DNA of 46,576 bases from a virus. The first letter of the stretch is position 1; every line of letters begins with the position of its first letter. Shown here piece by piece: positions 23,534 through 29,287 of the stretch. The DNA is taken from IMG/VR virus record IMGVR_UViG_3300025381_000024, one strand, 5' to 3'. Made by a program: the position numbers and the translations under genes. The notes beneath the pieces are model-generated. The model did not search any database. It had not been told where the DNA came from and saw only the letters and a list, made by a program, of their open reading frames with translations.

Positions 23534-24036
23534 AATCCAAATTAGTCAAATTTTCAAATCCTGAAGAATCAAACCAAGAAAGTCAGCCTTTATCCTGCGG
23601 GGCTTATGGATGCGGTCTGCTTGGCACAATTTCTGCTGGAACAAATGGAGAAAGCAAGTTTTACTGTCGTTTTCATTATGGTTTAAAACCGCATAAAAAT
23701 GACCAGGTAACTGCCAGAATCCATCAAAATAGTCAATTGCTTGATCTTTTTGATATGTGTACATCCCCAGATAGGTTTTTTAAAGGAAACAATAAAACAA
23801 CTTTTTTTGAGTTGGCAGATACAAAAGTATCTCAAGGTCTTTTTGACATGGGTTTGCAAGAACTACATATTCCTAAAAACTTGCTCAAAACTCGCAAAAA
23901 CATCATGGCAGAACTTGATAAGCGCACTTTTGTAATTGATGAAGATGGTATGCCTATGCCTAAAGCAATGGATGTAGGAAACCATTATTTAGACAAAATT
24001 AACTACAAAGGAACAAATGTAGGATTTGACAAATGA
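23530..24036 (+). CDS. Hypothetical protein (168 aa), Cys-rich N-terminal segment
   Basis: ATGA-coupled to the upstream gene. It contains CGAYGCG...KFYCRFHYG. Possibly a helicase-loader-position gene, with no motif support. Confidence 0.6.
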   Translation: MKSKLVKFSNPEESNQESQPLSCGAYGCGLLGTISAGTNGESKFYCRFHYGLKPHKNDQVTARIHQNSQLLDLFDMCTSPDRFFKGNNKTTFFELADTKVSQGLFDMGLQELHIPKNLLKTRKNIMAELDKRTFVIDEDGMPMPKAMDVGNHYLDKINYKGTNVGFDK

Positions 24037-24470
24037 AAGGCAACGATAAACCCTACCTAGAAAGGATTAAAACCAACCTAGGAGAGGAGTTGTTCATTTC
24101 CTATTGCAATGCCAAGGGATACAAAATAAATCGCCTAGGATTCGATGAGAGGGCTGGATATGTGGAAAATTTCTTTAATCTCAATCCATTATTAAGAAAT
24201 TTGCCTGATTTTGTGGTCAATACCCCTAATGAAACTTTTGTAGTGTGTGTAAAAGGCACAGCAAACCTTAAAAAACAAGAATTTGATCTTCTTCCTTTGA
24301 TGATTGAATGGTTTAGCAGCAAAAAAGCACCCTTGGTTTATGCTTTTTGTTTTGATGATCGAGAAAAACCTGCCCTTGTTTACCCAGAAAAGGTCATTGA
24401 ACTGTATCAAAAAGCCAAAGAAAAAAGATATGAAAGCGATGGAGTTATCTATCGAAGTCTTGCTGTTTAA
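24033..24470 (+). CDS. Hypothetical protein (145 aa), possible degenerate PD-(D/E)XK fold
   Basis: GEELF...LPDFVV...FVVCVKG resembles the E...PD...(D/E)xK layout but has Cys in the acidic position. The call is weak. Confidence 0.55.
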   Translation: MKGNDKPYLERIKTNLGEELFISYCNAKGYKINRLGFDERAGYVENFFNLNPLLRNLPDFVVNTPNETFVVCVKGTANLKKQEFDLLPLMIEWFSSKKAPLVYAFCFDDREKPALVYPEKVIELYQKAKEKRYESDGVIYRSLAV

Positions 24471-24488
24471 TGGTTTTTAGCTTATAAT
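24460..24488 (+). promoter_or_regulatory. Near-consensus sigma70 promoter TTGCTG-17 nt-TATAAT in front of the alarmone hydrolase gene
   Basis: TTGCTG at 24460-24465, a 17-nt spacer, and TATAAT at 24483-24488, followed by the leader TACGAAAGG (24502-24510). Confidence 0.6.
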
Positions 24489-24516
24489 ACTTATGTTGGA
24501 TACGAAAGGTAATAAA

Positions 24517-24999
24517 GTGATTGAACCGATACCATTTGCAGGATTAATTGAGTTGGATGTGGGATTTATCCCTGCCAGCTTAGATCGTGCAATTGCCATA
24601 GCTGCTAGTGCTCATGCTGGTCAAGTTGACAAAGCAGGTGAGCCTTATATTTTGCATCCTTTAAGAGTAATGTTGTCTGTACCACCAGAAGCCAGGATTG
24701 CTGCGGTATTGCATGATGTTTTAGAAGATAGCGATATTAGCTCTGACGATTTATTGGCTGAAGGATTTAGCCCTGAAAATTTGGCTGTTTTAGATGCTGT
24801 CAGTCGTAGACCTGGTGAGTCATACCATTCATTTATTGTTCGATGCTCTAAAAACCCATTGGCTAGAATCGTTAAATTGGCTGATTTGCGAGATAACTGC
24901 GATATGAGTAGATTGGCAAATCCATCTTTGGCTGATTGGGCAAGATACGAAAAATATATGGAAGCAATTGTTTATTTGCGTGGCGATGAATTGTGCTAA
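24517..24999 (+). CDS. HD-domain small alarmone hydrolase (SpoT/Mesh1-type (p)ppGpp/(p)ppApp pyrophosphohydrolase)
   Basis: AASAHAGQVDKAGEPYILHPLRV, AAVLHDVLEDS and VKLADLRDN match the RelA/SpoT hydrolase-domain motifs (AH.GQ.RK.GEPYI.HPL.VA, LHDV.ED, KLADRL.N). The start is probably GTG 24517, 7 nt after AAAGG; the ORF-track ATG at 24493 lies at the predicted transcript start. Confidence 0.8.
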   Translation: MIEPIPFAGLIELDVGFIPASLDRAIAIAASAHAGQVDKAGEPYILHPLRVMLSVPPEARIAAVLHDVLEDSDISSDDLLAEGFSPENLAVLDAVSRRPGESYHSFIVRCSKNPLARIVKLADLRDNCDMSRLANPSLADWARYEKYMEAIVYLRGDELC

Positions 25000-25027
25000 T
25001 ATTTTTTGAACTATTACACAGGACAAC

Positions 25028-25291
25028 ATGATGGAAAAGAAAAGTTCAAATGCTCTGGTCAAGGTCAGGGCAGTTTTTTTATCGGAAGATATGCCATTTA
25101 CTTTAGCGGTTTTGGCACAAAAAACCAATTTAAAAGCACCTGAAGTATCAATGGCTTTGTGTCATTTGAGAAAGCAACGATATGTCACTAGGCGATTAAT
25201 TGCAAATCATTCTGGCAAAGGTCGTAAAAGTGTTTGGGCTTATTACTATCACCCTCTAAGGGTTAGTGTAAGTGAACTTACAGAAGCATAA
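25028..25291 (+). CDS. Small protein with a possible winged-helix DNA-binding fold (87 aa)
   Basis: FTLAVLAQKTNLKAPEVSMALCHLRKQRYVTRR looks like a helix-turn-helix plus wing. The call is weak. Confidence 0.5.
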   Translation: MMEKKSSNALVKVRAVFLSEDMPFTLAVLAQKTNLKAPEVSMALCHLRKQRYVTRRLIANHSGKGRKSVWAYYYHPLRVSVSELTEA

Positions 25292-25313
25292 ACATCAATG
25301 TGCAGTAAGGCAG

Positions 25314-25472
25314 ATGCTGATTTATCGTAGGAAATGGGGTCTTTTGAAGTTTCAGCAGTTCATTAGAAGCGAAAGAGTAATACATTTATGGCTTACTTTA
25401 GAAGCAGATTTTAAGGATCAATTTCAAAAAGGTAATAGCGGAGAACCAGGACAATGGATAGAGAAGAACTAG
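25314..25472 (+). CDS. Doubtful small basic ORF (52 aa from ATG 25314)
   Basis: It is the only ORF covering the gap 25292-25453. The Shine-Dalgarno sequence is weak and the track start at 25272 is GTG. Confidence 0.3.
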   Translation: MLIYRRKWGLLKFQQFIRSERVIHLWLTLEADFKDQFQKGNSGEPGQWIEKN

Positions 25473-25603
25473 AAGCGAAACTTAGCGCAGCCTTACAAGA
25501 TGCTCAGTATTGGCGGTCAATGTATGATAAGTTATTGCAACACATACAACACCAAAGCGAATACATTGCTCATCTTGAAAAGCAAATTTGGGGCAGCAGA
25601 TGA
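25454..25603 (+). CDS. Small coiled-coil protein (49 aa)
   Basis: MDREELEAKLSAALQDAQYWRSMYDKLLQHIQHQSEYIAHLEKQIWGSR. Its stop overlaps the ninB ATG (ATGA at 25600-25603). Confidence 0.5.
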   Translation: MDREELEAKLSAALQDAQYWRSMYDKLLQHIQHQSEYIAHLEKQIWGSR

Positions 25604-25986
25604 GAAGCAACTTTATTCTGGCACATCATGTTGCCAGAAAAAATGCTATTCAAGCTATTTTAGAAGCCCCTGATGGCTATGCAGTTTCGATTAAGCCTAA
25701 GAATCGCAGCTTAGAGCAAAATGCAAAACTTCATGCGCTTATACAAGAAATAGCCCAAAAAATAGAATGGGTAGGAAAAAAACAAGAAGTAGAGACATGG
25801 AAAAGACTCCTAACAGCAGCTTGGCTCCGAGCAAGGGGAGAACCAGTAGAAATGTTACCAGCAATTGATGGACATGGTGTTGATATTGTTTTTCGCAGGA
25901 CATCGGATTTAACTGTACCTGAAATGATCGAGTTGATCGAATACATCCAGGCATGGGCAGTAGAGCAAGGAATTGATGTATTATAG
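25600..25986 (+). CDS. ninB: NinB (Orf) family recombination protein
   Basis: KNRSLEQNAKLHALIQEIAQKIEWVGK aligns with lambda NinB RNRSLDQNRKLWACLGDVSRQVEWHGR. ATG 25600 is preferred over the TTG at 25588. Confidence 0.85.
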   Translation: MRSNFILAHHVARKNAIQAILEAPDGYAVSIKPKNRSLEQNAKLHALIQEIAQKIEWVGKKQEVETWKRLLTAAWLRARGEPVEMLPAIDGHGVDIVFRRTSDLTVPEMIELIEYIQAWAVEQGIDVL

Positions 25987-26005
25987 AATCCACGAAAGGG
26001 AAAAT

Positions 26006-26260
26006 ATGATTAAAGATAATCAAGATGGCACATTTAGCATAGTCAGACCTAAAGTCTGGGATGATGAACCAGTAGCATGGATTAACAATCACATGGATGA
26101 AGGCTGGTTATCTTGGGATAAAGATTCAACTGCGGATTCTTCAATACCACTTTATACCCATTCCTATAAAAGACCTATCAATTCAGTATTAGTACCATGC
26201 GATAAGTTGGCAGAAATGCAAGCTGAGTTAGCAATACTAAGAAAGGCAAGTGAGAAATGA
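26006..26260 (+). CDS. Hypothetical protein (84 aa from ATG 26006)
   Basis: The CACGAAAGG leader at 25991-25999 lies 6 nt upstream of ATG 26006. Confidence 0.6.
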   Translation: MIKDNQDGTFSIVRPKVWDDEPVAWINNHMDEGWLSWDKDSTADSSIPLYTHSYKRPINSVLVPCDKLAEMQAELAILRKASEK

Positions 26261-26460
26261 ACGCTACTGAATTGGCTTTTTTGTTGGACAAATCAAGAAA
26301 AGAATCTTATACATCGGAAAATTTGGTTGGTAAAGCTGCCACCATGCTACGACAGCAACAAGCTGAAATAGAAGCGTTGAAAGCAGAAAAAATTAGGGCT
26401 TATGACAATGGATATGAAGATGGTAGAAAACCTAATACAAATAAGGCACAAGAGAAATGA
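26257..26460 (+). CDS. Hypothetical coiled-coil protein (67 aa)
   Basis: ATGA-coupled on both sides. Confidence 0.6.
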   Translation: MNATELAFLLDKSRKESYTSENLVGKAATMLRQQQAEIEALKAEKIRAYDNGYEDGRKPNTNKAQEK

Positions 26461-26708
26461 GTTATTCTTTTAATCCTGAATACATGGGTACTTTGCCCTG
26501 GGGTCAAAATCCTGTAGACTCAAAGCCTAATCAAATCTGGTTTAGCCAAAATCCAGAGGGTAGCCTTTTTTCTTGGTACATGGATCATTGGGTAGAAGTA
26601 TCCCCAAGCCTAAAGGGATCAGACATGATTACTATTACACTTCCTAAAGAAATATGGAAGGCAGTAAGTAAAGCAATCAATATTGCATTAGCGATAAATG
26701 GCAAATAA
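26457..26708 (+). CDS. Hypothetical protein (83 aa)
   Basis: ATGA-coupled upstream. It overlaps the next gene by 11 nt. Confidence 0.6.
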   Translation: MSYSFNPEYMGTLPWGQNPVDSKPNQIWFSQNPEGSLFSWYMDHWVEVSPSLKGSDMITITLPKEIWKAVSKAINIALAINGK

Positions 26709-26985
26709 AGAACAAAAAAGGATGTATGACAGAATTGCCAGATTTGGCTGCATTTTGTGTTACCACCTCGGATATGGAGAAGGCACACCAGCAGAGTTGC
26801 ACCACATCCGCAGAACCAAACCTAGAGACCAAGCCCCTGTTATCCCCTTGTGTAGAGAACATCATAGAGGGAATGCAGGGATTCATGGAATGGGGAGAAA
26901 ATCATTTGAAAAAATCTACCCATCGGAAGATTCGCTTTTGGACATGATTAACACCAAACTCAGTATTACTACTAACACTTTGTAA
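26698..26985 (+). CDS. Ref-family (RecA-dependent) HNH-type nuclease
   Basis: RIARFGCILCYHLGYGEGTPAELHHIRR...VIPLCREHHRGNAGIHGMGRKSFE follows the Ref / RecA-dependent nuclease pattern (C..C....G....E.HH....G.....PLC..HHRG....H). Confidence 0.75.
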   Translation: MANKEQKRMYDRIARFGCILCYHLGYGEGTPAELHHIRRTKPRDQAPVIPLCREHHRGNAGIHGMGRKSFEKIYPSEDSLLDMINTKLSITTNTL

Positions 26986-27008
26986 TAGCTTGTGCTAATA
27001 TTCCAATC

Positions 27009-27066
27009 GTCAGGTAGGGTGCAACTGTCCTTGCATTCGCTACATCCCAAAAGATGCCTACCTGAC
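27009..27066. other. Structured intergenic element: a 10-bp perfect stem (GTCAGGTAGG / CCTACCTGAC) with an inner hairpin
   Basis: 27009-27018 pairs with 27057-27066. The inner hairpin TGCAA-CTGTCC-TTGCA is at 27020-27035. It lies between the Ref-type nuclease gene and the GIY-YIG and terS genes. Confidence 0.55.
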
Positions 27067-27076
27067 ACTAGAAATT

Positions 27077-27553
27077 ATGGATAAACAAGTTAAATTTTCT
27101 AAAATATATGGACTCTCAGATAAAAAAACTGGAGAGATAATCTATATTGGAAAATCGGATGATCCAAAAAAAAGATTAAAACAACATATTTATGACTCAA
27201 AAAGGCGAAATACAAAATTACATCAATGGATTAGAAAAAATCCAAATTCAGTAGAATTGATTATATTAGCCTGTGCTATAAGTAATGATTGGCAATCCCT
27301 TGAAAAACAAATGATTGCTCAATATAAAGAATCTGGAAAACTTCTTAATATTGCCAAAGGCGGAAATCAACCATTTAGAGATGAAAATGATTCATTTAAA
27401 AGAAAAGCATGGATTATTAAAAATTTCATGGCTAGACTTGTCAATGAATGGAAAAATATACCAACCACCGAAAAAATTGAAGAAAGAAAAGCCATGCTTA
27501 GATATGCTGCATGGAAAAAACCAGAATTATTTGGTGAATGGAAGTATTTATGA
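27077..27553 (+). CDS. GIY-YIG endonuclease (free-standing homing-endonuclease-like)
   Basis: KIYGLSDKKTGEIIYIGKSDDPKKRLKQH gives the GIY...YIG...R motifs. The gene is inserted just before terS and its stop overlaps the terS ATG. Confidence 0.75.
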   Translation: MDKQVKFSKIYGLSDKKTGEIIYIGKSDDPKKRLKQHIYDSKRRNTKLHQWIRKNPNSVELIILACAISNDWQSLEKQMIAQYKESGKLLNIAKGGNQPFRDENDSFKRKAWIIKNFMARLVNEWKNIPTTEKIEERKAMLRYAAWKKPELFGEWKYL

Positions 27554-28002
27554 AAGAAAAGGGCAGACCATCCATCTTTACTGAAGAAATAGCCCATGAG
27601 ATTACTGAAAGATTGTCAGATGGAGAGCCATTAAGAGCAATTTGTCGATCTGAAGGAATGCCAAACTGGAGAACTGTGTATGATTGGATGGCAAAAGATA
27701 ATACATTTTCCGCACACATCGCACACGCAAGGGAGATTGGCTTTGATGCAATAGCCGAAGAAGCCCTAATGATTGCTGATACTCCTTGCTATTTAGAAAC
27801 AAAAGAAACCATTGAAGATCAAGGAAAACCAACAAAAGTTAAAGTCGTAGTGGCTGATGCTTTTAATCATCGTAGATTACAAGTCGATACTAGGCTAAAA
27901 CTATTAGCTAAATGGTGTCCTAAAAAATATGGCGATCAAGTTCAATTTGATGTAGAAAACAATAACTGGACAGTCAATGGCATCCCTGTCAAAACAAGGT
28001 AG
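27550..28002 (+). CDS. terS: Terminase small subunit
   Basis: KGRPSIFTEEIAHEITERLSDGEPLRAICRSEGMPNWRTVYDWM is the typical HTH N-terminus of phage small terminase subunits. It lies directly upstream of, and overlaps, terL. Confidence 0.8.
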   Translation: MKEKGRPSIFTEEIAHEITERLSDGEPLRAICRSEGMPNWRTVYDWMAKDNTFSAHIAHAREIGFDAIAEEALMIADTPCYLETKETIEDQGKPTKVKVVVADAFNHRRLQVDTRLKLLAKWCPKKYGDQVQFDVENNNWTVNGIPVKTR

Positions 28003-29278
28003 AGAACCCATAGAATTACCCCCTTTACACCAGGGACAACAAGAAGCCTTTGATGCTTCCACTCGATTTTTTGCTATTCGCTGCGGTAGGCGATGGGGCA
28101 AAACTGCCATGATGCAAAACATTGCTTGTGCTGGAGCAGCCCAAGGCGAAAAAATAGGATGGTTTGCACCTGACTATAAAATTCAATCTGAAGCCTTTAG
28201 GGAAATAGCCGATCTATTAGCTCCCATGATTAAGTCATCATCTAAGATTGATGGCATTATTCAAACCTATACTGGTGGGCGCATAGACTTCTGGACTTTG
28301 GAAAATGAAAGGGCTGGTCGATCCAGGAAATACCATAAAGCCTTTATTGATGAAGCAGCCTTTACCAAGCCCAATATGTCTAAAGTATGGCAAACCGCTA
28401 TCAAACCAGCATTACTCGATTATCAAGGTAGTTGTATTACAGCATCAACACCCAATGGAATTGATAGCGACAACTTCTTTTGGCAGATATGCAATCAGCC
28501 TGAACATGGATTTACTGAATACCATGCTCCAACCTTTACTAATCCATTTCTACCTAAAGAGGAATTGGAAAAGCTGGAGAGAGAAAATCATCCAATGGTA
28601 TTTAAGCAAGAATACCTGGCTGAATTCGTGGATTGGTCAGGTGAAGCATTCTTTAGCCTAGATAAGCTGCTGGTCGATAATAAACCTGTGGTTTACCCTA
28701 GTAAATGCGATGGTGTATATGCAGTCATTGATACTGCGGTCAAAGGCGGTAAAGAAAATGATGGTACTGCCATTGTCTATGTTGCTGTAGACCGATATAC
28801 CCAAAATCCATATAACCTGATTTTATTGGATTGGGATATTGTGCAAATTGATGGCGCAATGCTAGAAAATTGGATGCCAAGTGTATTTTCCAGATTAGAA
28901 GAACTCGCTAGATTGACTAATGCAAGGCAGGGAGTTGTCGGTACATTTATTGAAGATGCTGCTGCTGGATCAATTTTGATTCAACAAGGCAGAGCAAGAG
29001 GATGGAATACTCATGCCATTGACTCAGGGTTAACCTCAGTAGGCAAGGATGAAAGAGCCATTTCTGTATCGGGTTACTTTCACCAGGGCTTAATGAAGAT
29101 TAGCGATTATGCTTTTGATAAGACTATGACATTTAAAAATGCTAGTCGTAATCACCTATTAACTCAGGTAACTGGATTTAGAATTGGCGATAAAGATGCC
29201 TACAAAAGAGCAGATGACTTGCTAGATGCTTTCGTATATAGTTTAGCCATTGGTGTTGGCGATAAATATGGCTACTAA
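27977..29278 (+). CDS. terL: Terminase large subunit
   Basis: Walker A-like CGRRWGKT, a Walker B-like FIDEAAF and a C-terminal nuclease-type acidic residue pattern. 433 aa, followed by the portal gene. Confidence 0.9.
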   Translation: MASLSKQGREPIELPPLHQGQQEAFDASTRFFAIRCGRRWGKTAMMQNIACAGAAQGEKIGWFAPDYKIQSEAFREIADLLAPMIKSSSKIDGIIQTYTGGRIDFWTLENERAGRSRKYHKAFIDEAAFTKPNMSKVWQTAIKPALLDYQGSCITASTPNGIDSDNFFWQICNQPEHGFTEYHAPTFTNPFLPKEELEKLERENHPMVFKQEYLAEFVDWSGEAFFSLDKLLVDNKPVVYPSKCDGVYAVIDTAVKGGKENDGTAIVYVAVDRYTQNPYNLILLDWDIVQIDGAMLENWMPSVFSRLEELARLTNARQGVVGTFIEDAAAGSILIQQGRARGWNTHAIDSGLTSVGKDERAISVSGYFHQGLMKISDYAFDKTMTFKNASRNHLLTQVTGFRIGDKDAYKRADDLLDAFVYSLAIGVGDKYGY

Positions 29279-29287
29279 GGAATAACT

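Noticed and set aside
25272-25472. 66-aa ORF starting at GTG 25272
   Set aside because: It overlaps the previous gene and has no Shine-Dalgarno sequence. Only a shorter ATG-initiated version (25314) is kept, at low confidence.
26986-27553. Group I intron or intein context for the GIY-YIG endonuclease
   Set aside because: The flanking genes (Ref-type nuclease and terS) are intact and unsplit. The endonuclease is a free-standing ORF, and the upstream dyad is far too short for an intron core.
28305-28661. 118-aa plus-strand ORF inside terL
   Set aside because: It is an alternative frame wholly within a well-supported terminase gene. It has no independent signals.
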